NCBI GenBank assembly: GCA_034669905.1
Contig: JAXMOL010000002.1
Location: 32,001-96,000 of the forward strand
Direction of reading: 5' to 3'
DNA from: Candidatus Hydrogenedentota bacterium
Lineage (GTDB): Bacteria; Hydrogenedentota; Hydrogenedentia; Hydrogenedentales; JAEUWI01
DNA length: 64,000 bases
Shown here: piece after piece, positions 1 through 11,600 of the stretch
Layout: each line of letters begins with the position of its first letter
How positions within the stretch are numbered: position 1 is the first letter of the stretch
Program-made: the position numbers and the translations under genes
The notes under the pieces: generated by a model
What the model was told of the DNA's origin: nothing
What the model saw: the letters and a program-made list of their open reading frames with translations, nothing else
Database searches by the model: none

Positions 1-230
1 CAGGTGCCAAGAGACACAGGGCCGCACGTCGCCCCCCTTCCGGCCTGCCCGAACGCCCGACAAGATGGCCATCGGCCCACGCCAACACCCGGTCCAACCC
101 GTCGCTGAATCCTACCCAAAGGGACATGACTTCCTCGTTCGTTTCTCAACCCACCCCGACGCCCTGATTCTAGCAGCACGGTCACCGCCATAGAAACAAG
201 AGCCTGCACGTCCATCCCGCCAACGCACTC

Positions 231-279
231 CCGCAGGAGCGGAAGGGTAGGCATTGCTACGGAGGACCGCAGCAACGAG
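231..279. repeat. 49-bp dispersed hairpin repeat, copy 1 (copy 2 at 50228-50276)
   Basis: ccgcaggagcggaagggtaggcattgctacggaggaccgcagcaacgag aligns without gaps to 50228-50276. Confidence 0.75.
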
Positions 280-383
280 CAAAACCGTGGACGAACGGAG
301 AGCTCGTCCCACCGTCATGTATACTACCCCTCGAACCAAGCCCACATCCGCCATCGCCCACCCGGCACTTGGAAGGACGCTCC

Positions 384-1820
384 ATGATCTCCAACGCACC
401 CTATCACCTGCTCCTTACACTCCTGCTCTTCCTTCCGACACTGAGCCACGGACAAGTCACCGAGGCGCCAGCGCCCGCCCCCACCACCCAGGATGAACTG
501 GCCGCACCGGAACAGGTCGTGGAAGTGGACGAAGCCGCCGAAGACGATGACATCGGCACGCGCCTCCAGGGCATCCTCGAATCCACCGACCGTTTCGCCA
601 ACCCCAAGGTCGAGGTGGACAACGGCGTGGTCTTCCTCTATGGCACCACGGAGAAAACGGAATACAAAGACTGGGCACGCCAACTCGCCCTCAAGACCCA
701 GGACGTCGTCGCCGTGGTGAACAACATCACGGTGCAGGAAATTGAGGTCAACCTCTGGGACTTTACCCCGGCCTATCAGGAAATCCGCAACATGGGACGG
801 GAGTTCGTGCTCGCCCTGCCCATGGTGGCCCTGGGTCTCCTCATCCTTCTCTTAACCCTGCTGGCGGGCCGGGTCGCTCTCTATATCGCCCGGGGTTTTC
901 TCAAGCAACGGATGGAGAGTGTGATCCTCCGCGAAGTCATCAGCCGGACCATCGTGGTTTTCGTCAGCATTCTCGGCCTCTATTTTTTCCTCCGCATTTC
1001 CGGGCTCACTTCCCTCGCCCTCGCCATGCTCAGCGGCACAGGCGTCATCGGCCTCCTCGTGGGTCTGGCCTTTCGCGACATCGCCGAGAACTTCCTCGCC
1101 AGCGTCCTCATCAGCATCCAGAAACCCTTCCGCGTGGGTGACACCATTGCCGTGGACGGGCACACCGGGGTGGTCCAGAAGGTAACCACCCGCGGCACGG
1201 TGCTCATGGCCTTCGATGGCAACTACATCCAGATTGCCAACGCCACCATCTACAAAAACACGATTGAAAACTTTACCGCCAACCCCAATACGCGGATGGA
1301 CTTCGCCATCGGCGTGGGCTATGACGGCCCCGTGTCCAAGTCCCAGTCGATCATCATGGAGGTACTCCGCGCCCACGAGGCCGTGCTGAACGACCCCGAG
1401 CCCAACGTATTGGTGGAAAGCCTCGGCTCTTCCACCATCAATCTCCGGGTCTACTACTGGGTCGACGTGAGTAAACACAGTGGACTGAAAGTGAACTCCG
1501 CCATCATTCGCCTCACCCTGGCGGCCCTCACCGAAGCCGGCATCTCCATGCCCGACGACGCCCGCGAAATCGTCTTCCCCGAAGGCGTCCCCGTGTTGCA
1601 GATCAACAAGCAAGAACAGGAAGAAGAAAAAGTGCGCACCGTCCAACGGGCCAGCGCCCAGGCGCGCCAGGAAAAAGAGCCCGAATCCACCGAATCGGAA
1701 GGCAACCTCGGCAGCGACGTGGCCAACCTCAACGCCCAGGCCCAGGCCGCCCCCTCCCCCGAAGAAGGCAGCGACTTGCTGGCATCGGAAAGTGAATGCA
1801 GCGAAAAGAAGGGGACCTGA
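384..1820 (+). CDS. Small-conductance mechanosensitive channel with N-terminal BON domain
   Basis: Signal peptide; BON-like segment (VEVDNGVVFLYG...VVAVVNNITV); TM helices; MscS motifs GLAFRDIAENFLASVLI and PFRVGDTI. ATG 384 follows GGAAGGA. Confidence 0.85.
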   Translation: MISNAPYHLLLTLLLFLPTLSHGQVTEAPAPAPTTQDELAAPEQVVEVDEAAEDDDIGTRLQGILESTDRFANPKVEVDNGVVFLYGTTEKTEYKDWARQLALKTQDVVAVVNNITVQEIEVNLWDFTPAYQEIRNMGREFVLALPMVALGLLILLLTLLAGRVALYIARGFLKQRMESVILREVISRTIVVFVSILGLYFFLRISGLTSLALAMLSGTGVIGLLVGLAFRDIAENFLASVLISIQKPFRVGDTIAVDGHTGVVQKVTTRGTVLMAFDGNYIQIANATIYKNTIENFTANPNTRMDFAIGVGYDGPVSKSQSIIMEVLRAHEAVLNDPEPNVLVESLGSSTINLRVYYWVDVSKHSGLKVNSAIIRLTLAALTEAGISMPDDAREIVFPEGVPVLQINKQEQEEEKVRTVQRASAQARQEKEPESTESEGNLGSDVANLNAQAQAAPSPEEGSDLLASESECSEKKGT

Positions 1821-2259
1821 GGCGGGTTCGCGCGTACGGAACACGAAAGAATACAGGCCAGGTCATTTCCCTTGCCCCCCGGCATCCTTAGAGAAAACCC
1901 CAAGGGTGCCACCCTCAAAGACGTGAGGTACGAACGACTTTGTGGGTGTAGAGGCTTCCCGTGGACAAGGCCAGCCACATGCCACCAAAAACAAATCCCG
2001 GTCGTGCACCATCCGTGTTATCCGGTTTATCCGTGGTCAAAAACAGCGGACAACCACCCGCCGATTGCTACCCATCCCAATCGCCCATCCTCCACCGTCC
2101 ACCCCAAGTGACGCGGGGGCCCGCCGGAACGCTCGGCACACCAACATCCGTGCGGACGTCGGGGCCGTACCCCGCCCATGCCCTCCCCTGGTCACGGACT
2201 ACCATATCGCGACTGTGGGATTCCGTTGGCGACCTATGGTCGCCAATGCGATTCTATTC

Positions 2260-3006
2260 CTACCCCGCCACCCGCTGGTAGTTCCGAATCGTGAACTGGT
2301 CTTCAAAGCCGATCTTCCGATAGATGCCCGCCCCCGCCTTCGAGGCCTGCAGGGTGACCTGACGGCAGCCCGAGGCGCGGCAGTGGGCCATGACGTGGTC
2401 CATCAGCCGCTTCGCCACACCCTGTCCGCGAAAATCTTTCGGCACACCGACCTGGTGAATGCCGATGGTATCCCCCGTCATATAGGTCAACGCCGTTGCC
2501 GCGGCGACTCCGTCTACGCGGGCGAGAAAAAAGTCCAGGTGGGCCACCCCACCCAGTCGCTGGGTCACGGTTTCGTCAATCGCGTAGCCAAAGGCCTGGG
2601 AGCAGACGTCGGTCCACGTATGGATTCCTTCCGCCGTGGTGACCATCTCCGTGGCTCCATCCGACACCCATTCGGTATCGACCGTATCAAGCGGCAGCAC
2701 CATGGCCGTGAGGGCGGATCGTTCGGTAAAGCCGTGGTGCGCGAGGGCCGATTGCAGGGCTGCGACTCCCCCCTGGGGCCAGGGCCACACGGGCACGATA
2801 CCACGTCGGGGCAGTGCCGCGAGGGTATTGGCCAGATGCACGAGCTGGTCTTCGGTGGCATTCCAGTCAAGCCAGCAGCGATGGGGCCAGCTTTCAGATA
2901 TATTCAAGGTGGCGGGCGCCTCTGACGGGGGGACCGTCACCCCCATGGCCTTCCAAAGGCCGGTCAGGTTGTCGATATTGGTACCCGCTGCGGCTTCCGT
3001 GCTCAT
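2260..3006 (-). CDS. GNAT family N-acetyltransferase
   Basis: Acetyl-CoA motif VGVPKDFRGQGVAKRLM and QASKAGAGIYRKIGF. Start set at MSTEAAAG after a GGAG-type SD. Confidence 0.85.
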   Translation of the reverse strand: MSTEAAAGTNIDNLTGLWKAMGVTVPPSEAPATLNISESWPHRCWLDWNATEDQLVHLANTLAALPRRGIVPVWPWPQGGVAALQSALAHHGFTERSALTAMVLPLDTVDTEWVSDGATEMVTTAEGIHTWTDVCSQAFGYAIDETVTQRLGGVAHLDFFLARVDGVAAATALTYMTGDTIGIHQVGVPKDFRGQGVAKRLMDHVMAHCRASGCRQVTLQASKAGAGIYRKIGFEDQFTIRNYQRVAG

Positions 3007-3149
3007 TCCAACTCCTTTTTTCGTGCGAATCTGGCTGTTTTTCCCGCTGGGAACCCCCAACGGTGGTCCCTCCTACCCTACATTATGCTTATCGGCACAC
3101 TGAACCACATTATATAGAGAAAAGTGGGAACTCTCCGCCTATATAGGGT

Positions 3150-4034
3150 ATGCTATCTCCCATGGACAACGCACCTTTTGAATTCGCTAAACTGGACTAT
3201 CCCCTCGCAGGTTGCACCTTGTATAACATCGGTGGCCCCGCGAAGGTTGCCCTACTGCCTCGAAACGAGGCGGAAGTCAATGAGGCCTACCAGTGGATGC
3301 TGGCCCAGCCGGGGAAAAAGCTCATCCTGGGCGGTGGTTCGAACGTCCTCATCAACGACGCTGGCTTCGATGGCATCGTCCTCTTTACGACCGAGCTCCT
3401 CCGTATGGACGACCTGGGCGAGCACCGCTATTACGTGGGTTCCGGGTGCGAATTGGACGATATGGTCCAGCAAATCATGCTGAAGCACAATTATGAGGGC
3501 GTGGGCGGCTTTACGGGTATTCCGGGCTCGGTCGGCGGTGCGATCTACATGAACGCCGGTACGGTCAAGGGCTCCACCTGTGAATGGATGGCCTCCGTCG
3601 ACGTGGTCAAGCCGAGCGGGGTGGTCACAGTACCCATGACGTCCGATCTATACAGCTATCGGGGCCAGACCTTCTGCGCGCCGGGGGATGTGATTCTCGG
3701 GGGCACCTTTCAGTTTGCGCCCTCCGAAACGGATCAGCAGGCCATCTACAACCACTATAAGCAGCGTCGCCGCGAGAAACAGCCCCAGGGCTATTGCTGC
3801 GGCAGTGTGTTTAAGAATCCGGAGGGTGGCCATGCCGGCCACCTGATTGAATCCTGCGGCCTCAAGGGCACGCGCCGCGGTGGGGCGATTATCAGTCCCA
3901 TGCACGCAAATTTCATCATGAATGAAGGGGAAGCCACCTTTCAGGATGTGGTCGATTTGATTGGCCTCGCCAAGGAACGGGTGGCCAGCCAACATGGTGT
4001 CCGGTTGGAAGAAGAAGTACGTATCATCGCCTGA
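3150..4034 (+). CDS. murB: UDP-N-acetylenolpyruvoylglucosamine reductase
   Basis: IGGPA, LGGGSNVL, GIPGSVGGAIYMNAG, GSVFKNP, HANFIMN and LEEEV motifs. Confidence 0.95.
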   Translation: MLSPMDNAPFEFAKLDYPLAGCTLYNIGGPAKVALLPRNEAEVNEAYQWMLAQPGKKLILGGGSNVLINDAGFDGIVLFTTELLRMDDLGEHRYYVGSGCELDDMVQQIMLKHNYEGVGGFTGIPGSVGGAIYMNAGTVKGSTCEWMASVDVVKPSGVVTVPMTSDLYSYRGQTFCAPGDVILGGTFQFAPSETDQQAIYNHYKQRRREKQPQGYCCGSVFKNPEGGHAGHLIESCGLKGTRRGGAIISPMHANFIMNEGEATFQDVVDLIGLAKERVASQHGVRLEEEVRIIA

Positions 4035-4199
4035 CAACCCGTTGCATCCACACGAGGGGTGGGCTATGATGTGAAACAGGAAATCGGTCGGGGAGGTCGG
4101 AGCAGGACTGCGTCGTATCCCCTGTTGTGTATAGCTTTATGTAACTCGAAGACGTTGTCAATATGACCCCGCGAAACGCGCCTCAGGAGCCTACCCCCC

Positions 4200-5288
4200 A
4201 TGGATATTCATGATCTGTTTGACCTTGTTGCCCAGGAAAATGCCTCCGACCTGCTGATCAGCGCCGGGGCACCGCCCATCCTGCGCATTCACGGCCAGCT
4301 GTTTCGCAGTCGAACCGACGCCCTGACCCCCGAGCAGACGGAAAAACTCATCTTCGACTTTCTGTCAGACGATCAGCGGGAACGCTTCCTGAATGATAAG
4401 GAGCTGGATTTCTCCCTGGCTTCTGGCCGTCGTCACCGCTTCCGCGTGAATGTATACCGCCAGAAAGGGGCTGTAACGGCCGCTTTCCGCCCTATCCCCG
4501 AGAAGATCCCCGACATCGAAGCCCTGGGCCTGCCCGAAGCGGTAAAGGACGTTGCGGCCACCAAACAGGGGCTGGTGCTCGTTACGGGCCCCACCGGCCA
4601 CGGCAAAACGACGACCCAGGCGGCGCTCATCGATCTTATTAACGAAGAGCGGGCCTGCCACATCATCACCGTAGAAGATCCCATCGAGTATGTGCATACG
4701 CACAAGCGTTCCATTATTGACCAGCGCGAAGTCGGTGCGGACACAGATAGCTTCCCCAATGCCCTGAAGTATGTCTTGCGGCAGGACCCGGACGTTATCC
4801 TCATTGGCGAAATGCGCGATTTGGAGACGATCAAGGCGGCGCTGACGGCGGCAGAAACGGGGCACCTGGTCTTTGCGACCCTCCACACCAACGATGCGAT
4901 TCAGACGGTGGACCGTATCATCGACGTATTCCCGGGACACGAGCAACAGCAGATTCGCTTCCAGCTTTCCATGACGCTCCATTCCATCATTTCGCAGCGC
5001 CTCCTGCCCAATGCCGACAACACGGGGCGGGTGTTGGCCTGTGAAATGCTCATGAACAATACGGCCATTGCCAACCTCATTCGAGAAGGCAAGACGCACC
5101 AGGTCTACAGCGTGCTGGAAACGAGTACCCGCGAAGGTATGATCACGATGGACCGTGCGGTGAAAGACCTTTACAACGGCGGTCAGATCACCGAAGAAGA
5201 CGCTGTTGCCCTCATGAAGAACCCCAAGGATCTCAAGTCGACGGCGAAGAAACCGGCCAAGAAGGCTGCCAAGAAGTCCGCCAACTAA
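4200..5288 (+). CDS. pilT: Type IV pilus retraction ATPase (PilT family)
   Basis: Walker A GPTGHGKTT, EDPIE, LRQDPDVILIGEMRD, AETGHLVFATLHT, and AIANLIRE (AIRNLIRE-like). Confidence 0.9.
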   Translation: MDIHDLFDLVAQENASDLLISAGAPPILRIHGQLFRSRTDALTPEQTEKLIFDFLSDDQRERFLNDKELDFSLASGRRHRFRVNVYRQKGAVTAAFRPIPEKIPDIEALGLPEAVKDVAATKQGLVLVTGPTGHGKTTTQAALIDLINEERACHIITVEDPIEYVHTHKRSIIDQREVGADTDSFPNALKYVLRQDPDVILIGEMRDLETIKAALTAAETGHLVFATLHTNDAIQTVDRIIDVFPGHEQQQIRFQLSMTLHSIISQRLLPNADNTGRVLACEMLMNNTAIANLIREGKTHQVYSVLETSTREGMITMDRAVKDLYNGGQITEEDAVALMKNPKDLKSTAKKPAKKAAKKSAN

Positions 5289-5620
5289 TCATCCGCCCCC
5301 TGGAGCGAGACGCCCACATGGAGCCTTTGCTCGGTGTGGTTGCGGCGTCGTATGCGGGCGCGCTGTTTCCCATGCCAAGTGCATGGCGAAATTGTATCAA
5401 TCTAGCGCATAGCGCCCCCCCTTGTCAGGAGTTTATGGTACAATTTTTCACGGTAGCGCGGTTGGCATTTGACGTGTAGGGAAGCTCTGTCCTGGAATTC
5501 TCGTCGTGGCGGCAATTCTGAATCGCCATACAGTAGTGCAACTGTGCACCCTCAAATCTAATTCACTATTTGACGCGCTCCGCTTGCGCGCATTCCAATT
5601 CGAACCAACGGGATGCCATT

Positions 5621-8600
5621 ATGAAACGTTGTCTCCAGTCCGTAGTTTTAGTCGCCGTGGTCGCCCTGCTCGCAGGGTGCCCGGAAACAAGCCCCGATGC
5701 CCCATCACTCCGCGTAACGCCCGCGGCGGTCAGTCTGACCATCGACGAGACCCAACGGCTGACGGTCACCTCGACGGACGCCGCAGACACCTTTACCTTT
5801 TCTTCCAGTGCACCGGGGGTCGTTTCGGTAAGCGTGAGCGGATTGTTGACCGGCGTTTCTGAAGGCAACGCGACCATCACGGTCACAGGAAGCAACAGCG
5901 GACTGACGGCGACGGTCCCCGCCACGGTACCCGGGGCCATGACGGTCACGCCCACCGCGGTCCTCCTGCGCCCATCCCGGAGTGCCCTCCTGCTTGCGGA
6001 ATCGAGCAACCCACAAGACAGTTTTATCTGGACCTCGGCCAATCGAGACATCGCCCTTGTAAACAATGCGGGCCTGGTCACGGGGGTCTCTGCGGGCGAC
6101 ACCACCATTACGGTTCGGGGCAGCCAGAGCGGCTCGGAAGCCACGGCCTTCGTCACCATTGCAGGATCGGCCGGGGCCGGTATTGACGTGACCCCCGCCG
6201 AGCTGGTCTTACGCCCCAGTCAGACGTCTACCCTGACCGCCAACTCGACCGACGCTGAAGACACCTTCACCTGGAACTCCAGCAACCCCGAAGTGGCGAC
6301 TATCGACGAAAACGGTATGGTCACCGCCATCGCGGAAGGTGAAGTAAATTTCAACGTCACCGGTTCAAAGAGTAAGGCGAGCGGTGTGGCATTGGGCTTC
6401 GTCGTCACCCAACCCCTGGGCGAGATCACGATCAACCCCCCGGAACTCGTTTTGCGACCGGGGCGCACGGCTGTCTTGACGGCCAATTCAACGGAGGCGG
6501 CGGATGAAATTCTCTGGTCTTCTACCGATAGCAATGTCGCCACGATCGATGCGGGTGGGCGGGTCACCGCCGTGGGCGGCGGTCGTGCATTTCTCATCGC
6601 CGAGGGAACACAAAGTGGCGCAACGGGCACCACATCGCTAACGGTCCTCGGCGATGCGGCCACCCGTGTAACCTTGTCGCCTGCGGAAATTGTGCTCCGA
6701 CCTACCCAACGTGCCACGCTCTCACCCCAATCTACCCATATTGAGGACAGCTTCCTCTGGACCAGCACGGATGAGACGATCGCGACGGTAGACGAGAACG
6801 GCCAGGTAACGGCCGTTGCCGAAGGTGAAGCCACCATCGTCGCGACGGGCAGCAGCAGCAACGTATCCAGTACCTCCCTGGTAAACGTGGTCGGCCGGGC
6901 CCCCGCCATTATTTCCGTCAACCCTACGGAAGTAGAATTGCGCCCCACCCGCACCACCAAACTGGAAGCCCGCTCGACCGACCCCGACGATACTTTCACC
7001 TGGTCCTCTTCGGACAATGGCGTGGCCATCATTGATGGCGACGGTATCGTGACCGTGACGGCCATCGCCGTGGGCGAGGTAACGGTGGTCGCCACCGGTA
7101 CCGCGAGTAACGATTCCGGCAGCGCGACGGTCACGGTCGCGGGCAGGCCACCTGCGTCGATCACTATCGACCCCGATCAGATCGTTTTGCGTCCCTCCCG
7201 CTCGACCGTTTTGCTGGCGACGTCGTCCGAGCAGCAGGACATTATCCGGTGGTCCACTTCCGATGCGAGTGTCGCTACCGTCAGTTCGGGGGGGCGGGTA
7301 ACCGCGGTGGCCGAGGGCTCCGCCACCATATCGGCACTTGGCAGTCTCAGTGGTGCCACCGCAACAGCCCAGATCACCGTGGAGGGACGGGCCGCAGCAA
7401 ATGTCACCCTGAGCCCCGATGAAGTCACCCTGCGCCCCACGCGCAGCACCACCCTGACCGCGAATTCGGAGAACGTCGACGACACCTTCAGCTGGACGAG
7501 CAGCAATGAGGCCGTCGCTACGGTGGATGGGAATGGACGGGTGACGGCCATTGCAATCGGACAAGCCAACATCACGGCCACCGGATCGGTAAGCGCCGAT
7601 ACGGGCACCGCTCAAGTGACGGTAGAAGGCACCCCACCGGCCAGCATTACGATCGATCCCGAATCCATTGTAATCCAACCTGAACGAACGTCCCTGCTGA
7701 CCGCCATGTCCACCTTGACGACCGACAGCCTCACGTGGGCCTCGGAGGACGACGGCATTGCCACCGTCGATGCAACGGGCATGGTAACCGGCGTCGCGGA
7801 AGGCGTGACCAACATCACCGTCACCGGGTCGGTCAGCGGCGCGACGAACAGCACCCGGGTCACCGTCTCGGGCACTCCTCCGGTGACACTTGAACTAACC
7901 CCACCCGGGTTGGTGCTGCGCCCCACGCTGACGGCCCTTTTGAATGCTTCTTCCACGGACACCCTGGACACCTTCGACTGGACCTCTTCCGATGAATCCG
8001 TTGCCACGGTGGATGCGACGGGCAAGGTCACGGCAGTGGCCGTGGGCGTCGTCACTATTACAGCAACGGGCACGCGGAGTGGTGCCACCGCCACCACGCG
8101 GGTTACCGTCGCTGGTGCAGAACCTGCAGAAATTACAGTCAGCCCCGACAATGTCGTGCTGCGTCCGACACGTACCCTCACCCTGGACGTAAGCTCGACC
8201 GATGAGGAAGACGAGTTTACCTGGACCTCTTCCAACCCAGCCGTTGCGACGATTGACGCCGCCGGCATGGTGACCGCCATTGCCGAAGGGCAAGCGACCA
8301 TCACCGCCACCGGCACCCATAGTAACGACAGCGGAAGCACGCTGGTGACCGTTTCCGGCACCGTACCGACGACCGTTGTGCTGACTCCCAATACCGTCGT
8401 GCTACGCCCGACCCGTACGGCCACGATCATTGCCAGCTCTTCCAACACCGAAGACGTATTCACGTGGTCTTCCACCAATCCCGCGGTAGCCACCGTCGAC
8501 GCCAATGGCACCGTTTCGGCACTCAGCACCGGAGAGACGACCATCGTGGCCAGCGGCAGCCTTTCCCAGGCCACCGGCACGGCACGTATTACGGTATCCG

Positions 8601-11600
8601 GCACCAGCCCGGCAACCATCGATATTACCCCCGTGGGCATTGAGTTGAAACCCACGCAAACCGTGGTACTCGTGGCCAATTCGACCGATTTGGAAGATGC
8701 CTTTACCTGGGCCTCCACCAACACCAACGTGGCCGTCGTCGAAACGGATGGCACCGTCAGTGCCGTCGAAGAAGGCGAGACTACCGTTACCGCGACTGGC
8801 ACACGCAGCGGCGCTATCGGCAGTGCGGTCATTTCGGTGGCAGGCAGCATTCCCACGGAGATCGGTGTGGTACCCGCCACCCGCACCCTGCGCATCCGTG
8901 AAACGGCCGTATTGGTCGCCACCTCCAACAACCCCAGCGACACGTTCACGTGGTCTTCCTCTAACAATGCGGTCGCCACTGTCGACGCCACGGGACGGGT
9001 GACCGGCGTTTCTGAAGGCCAGGTCAGCATCGTGGCTACTGGCAGTAGTAGTGGGGTGTCCGGTACGGCCACCGTCACCGTATCAGGCCGACTACCCGCC
9101 GTAATCGCCATCACTCCCACCGTCAATGTGCTCCGACCCACTCAGACACTGACCCTCGCGGCCACGTCCACCGATCCTGCCGACGCCTTTACCTGGGCGT
9201 CGTCTGACACGAGCATCGCCACCATTACGCCCGATGGAGTCGTGGCGGCCGTCGTCGAAGGAGAAGTCACGATTACCGCCACGGGAACCAACAGCGGCGA
9301 CAGCGGAACCACCACCGTTACCGTTGCCGGTCGCGCCCCGGCCGAGATTTCCATTACTCCGGCAGACCCAGTCGTGCGCCCCTTGCAAACGACCACCCTG
9401 TCGGCCACCTCGAGCGATCCCACCGATATCATCATCTGGACCGTCGAAGACGAGTCGATTGCGACCGCCGAACATGACGGCACTATCCGGGGTCTGGCTG
9501 TCGGAGAAACCGAAGTCATTGCAACCGGCAGCATGAGCGGAGACAGCGCATCGGTTACCCTCTCCGTCGCCGGGCGGCCCTTCGCTGAGATTGTCGTCGA
9601 TCCCGTGGAGACGGCGCTGCGGGTCGGCGAGGTGGGGCTGGTCTCCGCCACTTCAACAGACGCCGAAGATGACATCACCTGGACTTCTTCCAACACGGCT
9701 GTCGCCACCGTGCTTCCTGATGGCAGCGTCGTTGCCAACGCCGTGGGTGTTGCACAACTTACCGCGACAGGCACCGCCAGCGGCGACAGCGGCATGGGAC
9801 AGGTCACCGTAGGTAGCGCCGAAGTTACCGTGAGCTCCACCCTGCTGCCCCTCCACGCCGGCACCACGGAAACCATGGTGGCCACTTCCACCGACCCCAA
9901 CGATCGCAAATTCACCTGGACCTCCTCCAACCCCAACGCCGCCATCGTATCGCCGACAGGCGTCGTGTTGGGCGTTGAACCGGGCACCACCACGATCCGC
10001 GCCGTTGGGAACGTCAGCGGCAGCGCCGGTTTGGTGGAAGTGACGGTGGTACCGTCAGTGACGAGCCTGATCCTGTGGGACGGCGAATCAGGCTTCGATG
10101 GAGAATACGGTCGTCTCAACACCGAGGAAGCATTTCGTGGAACGGCCTGCTTTGAAGGCACGCCGGACTTCTATCACACCTCCGCCCTCGATTTGCTCAA
10201 TGAGAGTTTTAGAACGGACCTGAGTCGTTTCGACGAAATCTGGTATTTTGCAAAAGTATCCCACCCCGGAAGCTACATACGCTTTTCTACGCAGTTCTTC
10301 CCGCGTACCAGTCGCTCGAGTAATTCACAGCCACTCACGGATGAATACGAGTTGGTACGCGTAGCGATTGACGATTTACGGACCACTGAATACCAGGTAA
10401 ATGCTGCCGAACGTCTCTACTTTACAATCAACAATCCCAGCGAAACCCGCCGTCTTTTCGTGGATGATATCCGTGCGGTAAGTCTGGCTCCATACGATGG
10501 CGAGCTAATCCCCATCATGGGCACGGCGACAAGTACGGATTTCGGGTCCGTAAACGTCGGGGAGAGCGTGGATCGTGAAATCACCCTCACCAACCGCGGC
10601 ACGAAGTCACTCACGGTGCATTCCCTCGCTCTCTTTGGAACCCACCCCGGCGAATTTAGCGCCCCCAACACAACCTTTACTATCCCACCAGGCGGGAGCC
10701 ATACCTTCACTACGACCTTTTCACCCACCACGGTGTTGAACAAGGAGGTGGGTGACAAATCGGCTCAGTTAGTCCTGACCCACGAACTGACTCCCTTTGG
10801 CTCCACGACAACGATCCCGTTATTGGGGCGGGCCTTGTCTCCGGCCATTGAGATTTCGCGGGCAAACCTTGATTTCGGCAGCGTACGTCTTGGGCTTTCG
10901 TCCACCAAGAAGCTACAGGTTACCAACGTGGGCAACGGGAGCCTCAGTGTCAACTCGGTCGCTGCAAGCGATCCCGCCGTGCAAGTCCTTCCACCCAGCT
11001 TCAATCTTGAGCCAGGTGAAAGTCAGAACCTGACGGTGATTTATATGCCGCTGGGAACCGATGCACTCATGGATTCCTTGAGCATCCAGTCTAACGCCAC
11101 GAACACGAGTAACTATACCGTGCCTCTCATCGGCTCCGGGCGTGCAATGGAGGACATAGGTGCCCTTACTGTGATACCAGGCGACGTAGACACAAACTCC
11201 GTTCAACTTTCCTGGCCACAGCTTACCGGTGCGGCCACTGTCAACGTATACTTTGGCCCCGAGCCTTCCGCAACAGAGAATGGTGCCCTGCCCTTGCAGC
11301 GCCTGGTGGCTTCGCTGAGTGGAGATACGACAGCGTATACGGTAGAGAATCTGGCACCGGGGGTTGACGTCTTCTTTCATCTCGAAGTACTCGATATCGG
11401 CAACCTGCCCATCGCTACAGGAAATGCCCACGCCCGCGTTGATGGTGGGCCCGAAGCCGAACTGGACCCAAGCGTCTTTGTTCAGGAAGTCCACCTCTAT
11501 GCGCCAGACATTCTCCAGATCGTCGTGGTGAATCCCCTGGTTCACTCGGGTGTGCCCGGCGCAGACACCGTCGACTGGGGCATCGACGGCATCGTGGGGG

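Noticed and set aside
1942..2925. 327-aa plus-strand ORF
   Set aside because: Antisense to the GNAT gene and runs through repeat-like intergenic DNA.
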